In this document: positions 18,508 to 28,040 of the stretch, one piece after another
Numbering within the stretch: the first letter of the stretch is position 1
How the letters are laid out: each line of letters starts with the position of its first letter
NCBI GenBank assembly: GCA_009779405.1
Contig: WREI01000001.1
Location: 15,013 to 79,012, forward strand
Length of the DNA stretch: 64,000 nucleotides
Reading direction: 5' to 3'
DNA from: Clostridiales bacterium
GTDB lineage: Bacteria; Bacillota; Clostridia; Christensenellales; CAG-138
Notes under the pieces: generated by a model
The model's database searches: none
The model's input: only the letters and a program-made list of their open reading frames with translations
What the model was told of the DNA's origin: nothing
Position numbers and translations under genes: made by a program

Positions 18508-19194
18508 CTATCCGCCCCTGCAATCTTTCCAATGATCCAAGCGGCGGACATATGTTTGTTCTATATGCGAAATCAAAAACACTACGAGTACAACAATCCC
18601 GATAACGACCCATTTTGTCCACTCGGGAAACTGCGGGAAGTGGCGGTTGAATTCCCCGGACATCGCAAACAAGGCAAGAAAAAGCAAGATGCACGTGAAA
18701 CTTTTGCACAATATCCCCAGTGCACGAAACCCGCGTGTCAATTGCACTTGCTTCCCGCAATCCTCACATTTCATGGGTTTACCCATATATATGCCCCCGA
18801 AAAAGCCCCGCGATCTGTTATCGATCTCCGTCCTATTTCTGTGCGCGCATCCCGTTTGCGCCTGCTGCACCGCTCCTCTTAATTCTCTGCGCTCTGCCCT
18901 GCGCATTTCGCGCGCAAATTCAAGTATAACACCGACATCTGTTTCCGTATCGCAGTTTGCACAATAGAAGACGTCCCAAGTGAATTTTACGTTGCCACTT
19001 ACGGCAATATCGGATACGGAAAAATCAAAATCCTTTGCTTCTTCGGACTTGGCATTCACAACGCGGCTCACTCGTCGAACGGTCAACAAGGCGGAGCATT
19101 GGGGGCAATAATGTTTGCGAACGCGCGCGGAAATACTATAGGCAGACTTCGACCCATGAATTCTTGTCCGGCGTTCCGGGTGTAATGAATCCAC
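18508..19194 (-). CDS. Hypothetical protein with two zinc-ribbon-like CxxC pairs and C-terminal TM helices
   Basis: CPQC...CANC and CEDCGK motifs, two hydrophobic segments. Lower GC than the flanks by eye. Confidence 0.4.
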   Translation of the reverse strand: MDSLHPERRTRIHGSKSAYSISARVRKHYCPQCSALLTVRRVSRVVNAKSEEAKDFDFSVSDIAVSGNVKFTWDVFYCANCDTETDVGVILEFAREMRRAERRELRGAVQQAQTGCAHRNRTEIDNRSRGFFGGIYMGKPMKCEDCGKQVQLTRGFRALGILCKSFTCILLFLALFAMSGEFNRHFPQFPEWTKWVVIGIVVLVVFLISHIEQTYVRRLDHWKDCRGG

Positions 19195-19206
19195 TTCTCT
19201 TCCCCC

Positions 19207-20022
19207 CTACATTTTCTCTGCGTGCAGCGCAAAATACGCGCCGTTGTCCTCGACAGTGCGGAGATGGAATCCGCTCTCTTTGCAAGCCGCTATATAATCC
19301 TCCATCGTCCGCGGGGTGATCGGCGCGATACCGTAACCCGTGCGGACGCAGGTATCGCTGTCAATCTTCACCGCAACTTGCGCGATAAAAACAGTCTCAC
19401 TTGGCAGCACGGGGATAACCGTGTCCCAAATCCACAGGCTGCCTCCCTTTTTCAAGACCCTGTTCGCTTCCCGCAGGCAGCGCTGCACCTCGCCCGTTTG
19501 CATATACATAAGGGAATAGAAACAGGTCACATGGTCAAAGTGCTCGGCCAAAAATTGCAGGTCGCAGGCGTCCATCACGATTTTCAGGCCGATATCCGCC
19601 GTCTCTTCCAGCTCTTCTTTCCGCTTGTCGATGCCGACAACCGACGGGCCGACGGCGCGCGCGATAATACCCTCGCCGCCCGCGCCAATATCCAGCACGC
19701 GCCCGGGCAGGGTTAGTCGGGACAAATCCATGCTTTGCAGGGTTGTTTCGTATTCCCGCGGGGCAAGCGTATACGCCTTTCCCCATTTGTCGCGATTCAG
19801 ATAACCCGTGTCCACCAAATCGCGGCGCAGCAGGGCCCAGTCGCCGAAGTTGTGCCATTCATTCAGCAGCTCGTTTACCTCTGTTTCGGTATAACTGCGC
19901 TCCGGCTCGAATTTGGCCGCAAGGTAAGCCAGCGCCATCAGCTGTTTGGCGCGTTTGGCGGGATATTGTTTCAGGCGGCCCGCTTCGTCAAGAAAGGGCA
20001 GGAGTTGTTGGTCGATCTTCAT
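19207..20022 (-). CDS. DUF2087-like domain fused to a class I SAM-dependent methyltransferase
   Basis: N-terminal YTETEVNELLNEWHNFGDWALLRRDLVDTGYL. Motif I VLDIGAGGEG. Confidence 0.65.
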   Translation of the reverse strand: MKIDQQLLPFLDEAGRLKQYPAKRAKQLMALAYLAAKFEPERSYTETEVNELLNEWHNFGDWALLRRDLVDTGYLNRDKWGKAYTLAPREYETTLQSMDLSRLTLPGRVLDIGAGGEGIIARAVGPSVVGIDKRKEELEETADIGLKIVMDACDLQFLAEHFDHVTCFYSLMYMQTGEVQRCLREANRVLKKGGSLWIWDTVIPVLPSETVFIAQVAVKIDSDTCVRTGYGIAPITPRTMEDYIAACKESGFHLRTVEDNGAYFALHAEKM

Positions 20023-20052
20023 TTACGTATCCTTTCTATGCACGACCCGCCA

Positions 20053-21051
20053 TCAGGGAATGTGCATCAGTTCTCCGTCAATACTAAAATAGAACAAAAT
20101 GCCGCCGATTGCAAGCGGATTCGAACCGTTCGCAATGAATCTTCGGCCATTTCCGTTCAGATTCGTTCTGTAAATCGCATCGTCCATGGTTGCATAATAG
20201 AGTCGGTTGCCCGCGATGGTGAAACTTATGACGTTTTCCTTAACCAACAGCTTCGTCTTGGGTTCTGTATAGGCTTTGCTGTCGTCAAAAGAAATTATGT
20301 TCAGTTTTCGCAAGCCCAAATTGAGAAAATCAATGTAGTAAATATACTGCTTGTGCAGGAGCAGCGTGTATGGATAGGTCGGTCCCAATACCGCAGTGTT
20401 TCCGCTGTCCAAATCGCGCGCAAACAGGCCCTCGTGAAACCCGTCATATAAGCTGCTTTGGTAAATATGCAGATCGATCGGAACGGCAAACGGCGTCTTG
20501 CCCTCCGGCACGCCTTCCGTGATCACTTGCAGGACGGAACCGTCCAATTGCATACTGCGGAGGGACGCCGTATCCAAAACCGAAAAATAAATCCGCTCAC
20601 CATAGATCGTATAACTGCATATGTTTTCATCGGAAAGCCCGGTTTCGGTGCGCGTGTCCAAATCATAAACGTACAGCAAATTGACGAATGGCGGCCAGTC
20701 TTCCTCCGTCCTGTCGCTTTGCAGGTAGTACAGTTTGTTTCCGACAATACGAATTTCTATGCGCGGCGAAGCATTGGCGTGGTCGCTAAGCTTCACTTTG
20801 TTTTCAAAATCCGCATCCATTTCATATAGCTTGTTATCGTCTTCGGGGTTGGCGAAGTAGTATTTGCCGTTATGCGCCGCAATATACCCGCCGCCCGTGG
20901 AAAACGAAGCGCGCCCGGTTTCCTGTGAGTCCGCTTTATACGGACCCGAACATTTGGGTTTCGCGCAGATGACGCACGGTATTAATATGATTAGCACAAG
21001 CACGCCCAGAAATAGGAGTGATTTTATCAAGCGCGTTTTGTCAACATCCAT
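20053..21051 (-). CDS. Membrane-anchored DUF5050-like beta-propeller repeat protein
   Basis: N-terminal TM segment. Repeated (K/R)(L/I)YY(x) blades: GKYYFA, NKLYYLQ, ERIYFS, QYIYYID, NRLYYAT, GILFYFS. Confidence 0.55.
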   Translation of the reverse strand: MDVDKTRLIKSLLFLGVLVLIILIPCVICAKPKCSGPYKADSQETGRASFSTGGGYIAAHNGKYYFANPEDDNKLYEMDADFENKVKLSDHANASPRIEIRIVGNKLYYLQSDRTEEDWPPFVNLLYVYDLDTRTETGLSDENICSYTIYGERIYFSVLDTASLRSMQLDGSVLQVITEGVPEGKTPFAVPIDLHIYQSSLYDGFHEGLFARDLDSGNTAVLGPTYPYTLLLHKQYIYYIDFLNLGLRKLNIISFDDSKAYTEPKTKLLVKENVISFTIAGNRLYYATMDDAIYRTNLNGNGRRFIANGSNPLAIGGILFYFSIDGELMHIP

Positions 21052-21067
21052 GGCCTGCTCCTCCGTT

Positions 21068-21745
21068 CTATAATGGATTCTTGCCCGGCGTACCCGCCTT
21101 GCGTGGATACTGCTTATCGGTCAGTGCGTTTTTGGTACATATGATGAGATTGCGCAAGCCCCACTCGCTGGGGATAGGTTGCACTTGCGCGCTTGCGTGC
21201 AAAACGCGCAATGCGCTTCGGGCGGCTTGCAGTTCCTCCGCCGCTTCACCCTTATAGCAGAGACTTTTGCCACCGACTTTGACAAGGGGGAGGGTCAGCT
21301 CCAAGAGTACAGGCAGGCTTGCTACAGCGCGGGTGAGGGCGAAATCGTATTTTTCGCGGTGTTTTGGGTTCTGTCCCAAATCTTCTGCGCGGGCATGGAC
21401 GAGTTCCGCCTTTATATCCAGCTCACGACAGAGCAGTTCGAGGAATTTTATGCGCTTTTGCAGGCTGTCGCAAAGCGTGACCCGCAGGTCGGGGCGCACA
21501 ATCAGGAGCGGGACGCCGGGAAAGCCCGCGCCCGTACCGACGTCGACGATCTTCGCGCCTTGTGGCAAGTATGGCAGAGTGGCGAGGGAGTCCGCAAAGT
21601 GTTTTTGCATCACATCTCTTGGCTCTTTGATGGCAGTGAGGTTGATTTTCCCGTTCCATTCCATAAGCAAATGATAGTATGCGATAAATTTGTCACACCC
21701 CTCTGTCGTAAGAAAAGGCAGCTGCTCTTTCAATAACTCTCTCAT
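21068..21745 (-). CDS. rsmG: 16S rRNA (guanine527-N7)-methyltransferase
   Basis: Start set at MRELLKEQ (21745), overlapping the mnmG stop. VDVGTGAGFPGVPL motif. Confidence 0.9.
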   Translation of the reverse strand: MRELLKEQLPFLTTEGCDKFIAYYHLLMEWNGKINLTAIKEPRDVMQKHFADSLATLPYLPQGAKIVDVGTGAGFPGVPLLIVRPDLRVTLCDSLQKRIKFLELLCRELDIKAELVHARAEDLGQNPKHREKYDFALTRAVASLPVLLELTLPLVKVGGKSLCYKGEAAEELQAARSALRVLHASAQVQPIPSEWGLRNLIICTKNALTDKQYPRKAGTPGKNPL

Positions 21746-23649
21746 TCGCAAACCTCTTTTGCTTGCGACTTTTTTGCACCACACGTGTCAAAACCGCGCT
21801 TGGCATAGATCAGGAGCACCGAAACATCGGCGGGAGAAACGCCGGAAACGCGCTTCGCTTGCCCCACGCTGCCGGGGCGCAGGGCGGCCAGCTTCTGCCG
21901 CGCTTCCAAGCGCAGTCCGTCCAAGCGGGAATAATCCAAGTCCGGCGGCAGCGCGGTATTTTCCAGCGCCCGTTCCCGCTCCACCTGTGCCATCTGTTTT
22001 TGAATATAGCCGTCATAGTGCGCCAGCGCGTCGATTTGCTCCTCCGCGTCTTCGGGAAGCGGATCCAAAGCGGAAAAAAGAGCCTGCAAATCCGTATAGC
22101 ACACCTGTGGGCGTTTCAACAGATCCCATAGTGTGCTGCCGTTTTTCGGCATAGGTTCGCCAAGGGCGGCGAGATAGGTCTCCAAAGCTTCCCCGGGCGA
22201 CACCGCGCCGCGCAGTTGTTGCCTTGCTTTTTCAACGCTGTCCCTTTTTTGCACCAACTTCTCATAGCGCAAATCCGAAACCAAAGCGAAGCGCCTTGCC
22301 TTTTCGGTCAGGCGCAGATCGGCATTGTCTTGCCGCAACAGCAAGCGATATTCACAGCGTGAGGTCATCATGCGGTAGGGCTCCGCCGTGCCGCGCAGGG
22401 TCAAATCGTCCACCAATACGCCGAGATAGGCCTCCGAGCGCGATAATGTGAGCGGTTCTTCCCCGAGCACAAAGCACGCGGCGTTGATGCCCGCGAGCAG
22501 ACCCTGTGCCGCCGCTTCCTCGTAGCCCGAGGAGCCGTTCAGCTGCCCTGCCGTGAACAGGCCGGGCAGGTTCCGCGCCATTAGCGTGCTTGTCAACTCG
22601 GTCGGTGTCAGGCAATCGTATTCGATCGCATAGCCCCAGCGCACCACGCGGCAGTTCCGCAGCCCCGGCACCGTGCGAAGCATGGCCAACTGTACATCGG
22701 CGGGCAGACTGGTGCTCATGCCCTGCACATACATCTCCGAGGTACTGCGCCCCTCCGGCTCAATAAAAAGCTGATGCCTGTCCTTGTCGGCAAACTTGAC
22801 GATTTTATCCTCGATGGAGGGGCAATACCGTGTAGCAGCCGCGTGAATTTTACCGCTGTACATAGGCGAACGGTGGAGGTTGTCCAAAATCACCTGATGC
22901 GTTTGCGCGTTTGTATAGGTCAACCAACAACAATCCTGCTGCATGGTGCGTTTTTGGTGCAGGAAGGAGAAGGCGGGCGCGGGATTTTCCCCGTATTGCG
23001 CTTCCATCTCCGATACATCCAAACTTTCGCGCAAAACGCGGGCAGGCGTACCCGTTTTGAAGCGTTGCAGCGTAAATCCGAGCGTCTGCAAGGAATCGGA
23101 AAGCCCCTCACTGCGTTGCAATCCGGCGGGTCCGCTCTCCCAAGCCGTGTCGCCCACAAGGATGCGACTTTTTAGGTACACCCCCATGGCCAGCACGATG
23201 GCCGCCGCAAAATAGACCATGCCCTCCTGCGTATATAAGAGAAAGCCACCGCTGGTTACAGGCTGGATGCGTGTCACTTCGGCTTGGATGAGGGTCAAAT
23301 TCTCCTGCGCTTCCACCGCACGCTTCACGCGCTCGTGGTAGCGCCGCTTATCCATCTGCGCGCGCAGGGAGTGCACGGCAGGTCCCTTGCCGAGATTCAG
23401 CATGCGAACCTGAATGCAGGTGTCGTCCGCCGCCAGTCCCATCTCGCCACCCAGCGCGTCCAATTCGCGCACCAAATGCCCCTTGCCCGTGCCGCCAATG
23501 GCGGGGTTGCAGGGCATGAGGCCAATGCTGTCGGCATTCAGGGTCAAAAGCGCGGTCTTGCGCCCCATGCGTGCCGCGGCCAAACAGGCTTCCACGCCCG
23601 CATGCCCCGCGCCGATAACCGCCACTTCAAATTGTTCGTTTGCCACCAT
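21742..23649 (-). CDS. mnmG: tRNA uridine 5-carboxymethylaminomethyl modification enzyme
   Basis: FEVAVIGAGHAGVEA FAD motif, 635 aa, canonical GidA length and C-terminal domain. Confidence 0.95.
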   Translation of the reverse strand: MVANEQFEVAVIGAGHAGVEACLAAARMGRKTALLTLNADSIGLMPCNPAIGGTGKGHLVRELDALGGEMGLAADDTCIQVRMLNLGKGPAVHSLRAQMDKRRYHERVKRAVEAQENLTLIQAEVTRIQPVTSGGFLLYTQEGMVYFAAAIVLAMGVYLKSRILVGDTAWESGPAGLQRSEGLSDSLQTLGFTLQRFKTGTPARVLRESLDVSEMEAQYGENPAPAFSFLHQKRTMQQDCCWLTYTNAQTHQVILDNLHRSPMYSGKIHAAATRYCPSIEDKIVKFADKDRHQLFIEPEGRSTSEMYVQGMSTSLPADVQLAMLRTVPGLRNCRVVRWGYAIEYDCLTPTELTSTLMARNLPGLFTAGQLNGSSGYEEAAAQGLLAGINAACFVLGEEPLTLSRSEAYLGVLVDDLTLRGTAEPYRMMTSRCEYRLLLRQDNADLRLTEKARRFALVSDLRYEKLVQKRDSVEKARQQLRGAVSPGEALETYLAALGEPMPKNGSTLWDLLKRPQVCYTDLQALFSALDPLPEDAEEQIDALAHYDGYIQKQMAQVERERALENTALPPDLDYSRLDGLRLEARQKLAALRPGSVGQAKRVSGVSPADVSVLLIYAKRGFDTCGAKKSQAKEVCE

Positions 23650-23747
23650 GCCTGTATTGTATCAAAGCCGCGGGGAAAAAGAAAGAAAAACCCGACAGTC
23701 CGCAGACAGGCAGATGAACGCGCCCAGGATCCCTTGCGGATTTATGA

Positions 23748-23776
23748 TTGATTTATTTCGTTTGCTATGCTATAAT
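23748..23776 (+). promoter_or_regulatory. Sigma-70-type promoter for tRNA-Ser
   Basis: TTGATT (23748-53), 17 nt spacer, TGcTATAAT (-10 at 23771-76). The tRNA starts at 23786. Confidence 0.55.
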
Positions 23777-23785
23777 CCCCATTAC

Positions 23786-23874
23786 GGAGCGGTATCGAAG
23801 AGGTCATAACGGGGCTGACTCGAAATCAGTTTGCGGGCAACCGCACGTGGGTTCGAATCCCACCCGCTCCGCCA
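23786..23874 (+). tRNA. tRNA-Ser (anticodon CGA), CCA encoded
   Basis: Hand-folded cloverleaf. Acceptor GGAGCGG/CCGCTCC, anticodon stem GCTGA/TCAGT with loop CTCGAAA, long variable arm GCGG-GCAA-CCGC, T-arm GTGGG-TTCGAAT-CCCAC. Confidence 0.85.
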
Positions 23875-23880
23875 AACGAA

Positions 23881-23916
23881 AAGCCCTAAAACACTATGTT
23901 TTCAGGGCTTTTTTTC
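23881..23916 (+). terminator. Rho-independent terminator after tRNA-Ser
   Basis: AAGCCCTAAAAC...GTTTTCAGGGCTT hairpin followed by TTTTTT. Confidence 0.7.
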
Positions 23917-23952
23917 ATCCAAAACAAGAAAATACCGCAATTATTACCGCAA

Positions 23953-25134
23953 TCAGCTTTTTTTGAGGTCAAGAGAAGCGATAAAGGCATCCATTTTCTC
24001 GGCACTTTCTCTCTGCATTTGTTCCGATACATGGCCGTAAACATCCATAGTAAAGGCTGCTGTTGCATGGCCAAGAGCCTGCTGTACTGTTTTCACGCTG
24101 TCACCATTTTGAAGAGATAACAACGCAAACGTATGCCGTAAATCATGGAAGCGAACCGCATCAAGTCCCAACCGCTTTACTATCGTTTTGAAGTTGTTAT
24201 ACACAGTGTCATTGGATAAATGCCCGCCCAGTTCATTCGTGAATACAAGATTCATTGTGTTATCCCATATGCTGCCCGCCCGCAGCTTCCACTCCATTTG
24301 CTTGCGCTGATGGGTACGCAGAAGATTCAACACGTAGACAGAAGCGGGTACTTTGCGTGTTTTGTTGTTTTTCAAAGACGCAAAATGATATTTGCCGCCC
24401 TTCGCCCGCTCCTTTTGCAGTTGCTTGTTAACCACAATCACGCCTTGCTTATAATCTACGCAATCCCATGTAAGCCCCAATATCTCACCTTGGCGCATTC
24501 CAGTAAACATAGTCACAAGGTATAGTATCTCATGTCTATGCCCCTTGACCGCCTCTATAAAGCGCGTAATATCATCATCCTTGATGGTTTCCATCTCCCG
24601 ATGTTCAACCCGTGGCAATGTACATCCGCGTGTTGGGTTTGCGCTGATATAGCCAAGCGCAATCGCCTTTTCCATAGCCGAATGTAACACCCCATTGATA
24701 TTACGGATAGATTTGGGCGAAAGCCCTTCCTCCTTACCTTCTTTACGCAATAAATCATTATACATGCCTTGTATCATGTGTGGGCTAAGGGCAGCGAGCT
24801 TAATCTTTCCTATGCGTGGCTTCAAGTGTACTTTTATCTGTGTGCCATACTGGCTCACTGTGTGCGGTTTTACATTGCCCAAGTACTCTTTATGCCAAAT
24901 ATCTATCCACTGCCCTACCGTGAGTTTAGAGGGTTCTTTGTATTTGCCTGCATCAATCTCCACGGATACTTGGCGCAATTTCTTGGCGACTTCACCCTCT
25001 GTTTTGCCATATATTGATTTGCGCTTCTGCTTTCCCGTGTTCGGATCAACCGGTAGGAGGATTTGCGCCTCCCACCGACCGTCCGGGCGTTGCCTTATGT
25101 GTCCATGTCCGTTTGATGATCTTTTGCGTGGCAT
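23953..25134 (-). CDS. int: Tyrosine-type site-specific integrase (phage/ICE type)
   Basis: GMRQGEILGLTW (Arg box), VRFHDLRHTFA (HxxR), ALGHATAAFTMDVYGHV (catalytic Tyr). RBS GAGGAGG. Confidence 0.9.
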   Translation of the reverse strand: MPRKRSSNGHGHIRQRPDGRWEAQILLPVDPNTGKQKRKSIYGKTEGEVAKKLRQVSVEIDAGKYKEPSKLTVGQWIDIWHKEYLGNVKPHTVSQYGTQIKVHLKPRIGKIKLAALSPHMIQGMYNDLLRKEGKEEGLSPKSIRNINGVLHSAMEKAIALGYISANPTRGCTLPRVEHREMETIKDDDITRFIEAVKGHRHEILYLVTMFTGMRQGEILGLTWDCVDYKQGVIVVNKQLQKERAKGGKYHFASLKNNKTRKVPASVYVLNLLRTHQRKQMEWKLRAGSIWDNTMNLVFTNELGGHLSNDTVYNNFKTIVKRLGLDAVRFHDLRHTFALLSLQNGDSVKTVQQALGHATAAFTMDVYGHVSEQMQRESAEKMDAFIASLDLKKS

Positions 25135-25166
25135 TGTGATGCCTCCTCAATGTGCGTATTTGTCTA

Positions 25167-25658
25167 TTACGGCTGTGGTTCTCTCAGTTTCCAATACCAA
25201 CCACCGGCTTTTCCCTGTCCTTTGAAACTGTCGGCTCCGGCTTCCTCTTTAGCGTGTTCTACCGTTTTACTTGAAAACCCATTTGCCTTGGCGGCCTCCC
25301 AGACCTCTATTGCCGGTACTGGCCCGTTTGATAGAAACGCTTTCAGAAACAATACACAATTATCGCGTTGTGTCGCTTTCTTTTTGGGTTGATAATCAAT
25401 TACATCTTCAGCGGTGAGGTCACTCGTACCAACCCAACAGAAGCCATTTACCTTGTCGAAGTCAAAAAGAATCGTCTTGCCTGCAGGTGCCAATGATGAC
25501 TTTGCTTGTGCCAGTGCTCGTCGGCAGGGTTCATCCGGCACTTCACCCACCACAAGAACGGAGCGGGCGGCGGCCACAAAATCTATGCTGCCAAGGCTCC
25601 GATAAAGGCTCTTGACTTTCGTTGCCTTGTTTTGATGTCCGATAAGAACAATCGCGCA
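25167..25658 (-). pseudogene. C-terminal fragment of a RecA-like (AAA_25/RepA-type) primase-associated helicase with a wHTH tail
   Basis: Own upstream extension of ORF 25167..25577 reads CAIVLIGHQNKATKVKSLYRSLGSIDFVAAARSVLVVGE... The open frame begins at 25658, 4 nt inside the left IR of the RIT-like element. Walker motifs are missing. Confidence 0.5.
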
Positions 25659-25737
25659 TTATCCGAGAAGAAACATTATCCGGGGCAAAGCGGCGGCGGG
25701 CCTGTAAACAAGCCCGCCGCCGGAAAAGATCTCGGAT
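25654..25737. repeat. Left inverted repeat of the RIT-like element
   Basis: GCGCATTATCCGAGAAG...GGCGGCGGGCCTGTAAACAAGCCCGCCGCC...CTCGGAT. About 80 of 84 positions match the reverse complement of 28041-28125 by hand alignment. Contains a 10-bp-stem hairpin (25692-25721). Confidence 0.85.
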
Positions 25738-25738
25738 T

Positions 25739-26020
25739 ATGCTTATCGGAAAAATTGTGCGGCGCGGTATTTATAAAGCGGGGATTATTCCCGGCGGGCG
25801 CAGTTGCGGGCCGCACGCGTTTCGCTCATCCCTCGCAAGCTCAATGGTAAATGACGGCCTGCCGTATGAAGCTGTTCGGAAAACACTTGGCCATACTGAC
25901 CCGAACGCGATCAAAAGCTATGCGCGGTTGGATATTGAGCAACTACGGGCATACGCGCTCCCCGTGCCGGAGGCATCCGGCGGGTTCGCCGATTTCCTGT
26001 GCGGAAGGAGCGTATTGTGA
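25739..26020 (+). pseudogene. Tyrosine recombinase, C-terminal catalytic fragment only (RitA-like remnant)
   Basis: HAFRSSLAS (HxxR) and LGHTDPNAIKSYARL (Tyr) are present. The N-terminal core-binding part and Arg box are absent. An in-frame stop lies at 25643. Confidence 0.55.
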
Positions 26021-27006
26021 TGGCTGCGCTTATGAGCATTTTCAAAAATGAGCTGAATGACTATCTGGCGATCCGGCAAAAAACAATGACGCCCGAATCG
26101 CATTACCGGACGCATACCATTCTGGCCGGATTTGACCGCTACCTTTCAGATGTTTGTCTGGCGGAAAAGGTTGTCACGGAAAAAATAATTAACGGTTGGA
26201 TAAATCGTTTTTCCGCAACAAACAGCAGGAAAACCGTCAGCGACAAAGTCAGCCGCCTGCGCAAGTTTTTGGAATATTTGCTCCACTGCGGTTATACGGT
26301 TTTCATGCCGGGTTGCCCAAAGTACAGTGACGAATACGTGCCGTATATATTTTCCGACGCAGAGGTCGCAGGCATTTTCGAAGCGGCGGACAATCTGCGA
26401 GTTGTACCGGGACACCCAAGCACACGTTATCTCAAATACACCTTCCCGATGCTGCTGCGCTTGTTGCATGGCTGCGGGCTGCGCCTTGGTGAAACCTTAT
26501 CCCTGCGTGTGCGTGATGTGAATTTTAAAAACGGAACCTTATTGTTAAGGCATACAAAAAACAACAAGCAGCGTCTTGTCCCGATGCACCGGGAGTTGAC
26601 AGAAATCCTACGAAGGTACTGCGCCGCGATGATGCTTGTCGGCAAGCCGGATGAATTTCTTTTCCCGACAGACAGCCCGGAAAAACCACTGCCACAGGCA
26701 TCCGCCAGAAATGCGTTCGGGAAAGCGCTGGCCTGCGCCGGAGTAAACGTAAAAATACCTGGGCGGAGAGGGCCGTGCCTGCATTGCTTTCGGCACCTGT
26801 TCGCGATTAAATCATTTGCGCAGGCTGAGAATAACGGAAGAGCACCGGATGCTTCTGTGCCGTTTCTGTCCGTATATCTTGGTCACTACGATATGAACGG
26901 TACGGAAAAATATCTGAAATTCAGCGGCGATATGTTCCCCCGGCACACGGAGATGTTTGAAACATTCGCCGTCGGCGTGTTTTCGGAGGTGCCTGATGAA
27001 GTCTAA
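26020..27006 (+). CDS. Tyrosine recombinase (RitB-like)
   Basis: The start ATG overlaps the upstream stop (TGATG) behind GGAAGGAG. GCGLRLGETLSL, HCFRHLFA, YLGHYDMNGTEKYL. Confidence 0.85.
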   Translation: MAALMSIFKNELNDYLAIRQKTMTPESHYRTHTILAGFDRYLSDVCLAEKVVTEKIINGWINRFSATNSRKTVSDKVSRLRKFLEYLLHCGYTVFMPGCPKYSDEYVPYIFSDAEVAGIFEAADNLRVVPGHPSTRYLKYTFPMLLRLLHGCGLRLGETLSLRVRDVNFKNGTLLLRHTKNNKQRLVPMHRELTEILRRYCAAMMLVGKPDEFLFPTDSPEKPLPQASARNAFGKALACAGVNVKIPGRRGPCLHCFRHLFAIKSFAQAENNGRAPDASVPFLSVYLGHYDMNGTEKYLKFSGDMFPRHTEMFETFAVGVFSEVPDEV

Positions 27007-28021
27007 AGCTCTGAATTTCATGGAATTATTAGAAGCGTTTTTTACAGAATATATGCCGTTCTCGGCCGGTCTCAGCGAAAACACAATCCGCTCATACAAA
27101 TACGCATTCCGATTGCTAATTGAATTCTTGTTTTCCAAAAAGAATCTCTCTGCAAACGAAATCTCATTTGCCCGTCTTGATTTTGATGTGATAAACGGAT
27201 TTTTGCTTTGGATAGAGGAGGAGCGAAACTGTTCTGTCACAACCCGGAATTTGCGGCTCGCCGCGCTGTCCTCCTTTGCATCCTACGCGCAGAACAGAAA
27301 CATTGACGCAGCGACGGTGTTTATGAACGCGGTCAAAAAAGTCTCGGTAAAACCATGCGCAGCGAAACCGCGAACGCTGTTTTCGTTGGAAGAAGTCACG
27401 GTTTTGCTGAAGCTTCCTAATTGCGGCACAGCAATCGGATACCGTGATAATACGTTGCTCAACCTGATGTATGCAAGCGGCGCAAGAGCGCAGGAAATAT
27501 GCGATTTGACCGTGAGGTGCATTCAATTTCAAGTCGATGTCACAAAGCTCACCATTACAGGCAAAGGCGGTAAAACAAGGCGCATTAACATTGCCAGACC
27601 CTGCGGCGCTTTGCTCCGGCAGTATCTCACGCGGCGCGGCATTTTGAATGCCTATGACCGACACATTTTTTCAAGCCAGACACATGAGCATATGACGGTT
27701 TCCTGCGTTGAGGAAATATTCAAAAAGTATATCAAACTGGCAAAAGAACAGAATCCGCTTTTGTTCCGCGAGCCTCGCTATTCGCCGCATTCCATGCGGC
27801 ACACAACCGCTACCCATATGTTGGAAGCAGGGATTCCTCTTATGGCGATTAAAAATTTCTTGGGACACGCCTCCGTTACGACAACCGAGCGATACGCTGA
27901 ACTTTCGCAAAGCACGGTAAACAGGCACATAAAAGAGTGGAATGAGCGTTGGTTCCCGATGGATAATACTGCCGCAGCAATATCCGACACCGCAAACGTA
28001 TTTCCAGTTTTCCTGCGCTAA
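26996..28021 (+). CDS. Tyrosine recombinase (RitC/XerD-like)
   Basis: 11-nt overlap with the upstream gene, RBS GGAGG. SGARAQEICDL, HSMRHTTATH, FLGHASVTTTERYAE. Confidence 0.85.
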   Translation: MKSKALNFMELLEAFFTEYMPFSAGLSENTIRSYKYAFRLLIEFLFSKKNLSANEISFARLDFDVINGFLLWIEEERNCSVTTRNLRLAALSSFASYAQNRNIDAATVFMNAVKKVSVKPCAAKPRTLFSLEEVTVLLKLPNCGTAIGYRDNTLLNLMYASGARAQEICDLTVRCIQFQVDVTKLTITGKGGKTRRINIARPCGALLRQYLTRRGILNAYDRHIFSSQTHEHMTVSCVEEIFKKYIKLAKEQNPLLFREPRYSPHSMRHTTATHMLEAGIPLMAIKNFLGHASVTTTERYAELSQSTVNRHIKEWNERWFPMDNTAAAISDTANVFPVFLR

Positions 28022-28040
28022 CCATATAGCGCATGCATTT

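Noticed and set aside
23786-23874. The long-variable-arm tRNA considered as tRNA-Sec or tRNA-Leu.
   Set aside because: The 7-nt anticodon loop CTCGAAA puts CGA at positions 34-36. The 7-bp acceptor and 3-bp D-stem fit tRNA-Ser, not the 8/9-bp acceptor of tRNA-Sec.
25506-25850. 114-aa plus-strand ORF crossing the left inverted repeat.
   Set aside because: It reads through the helicase remnant antisense, the IR and the recombinase fragment out of frame. It has no motifs and no RBS.
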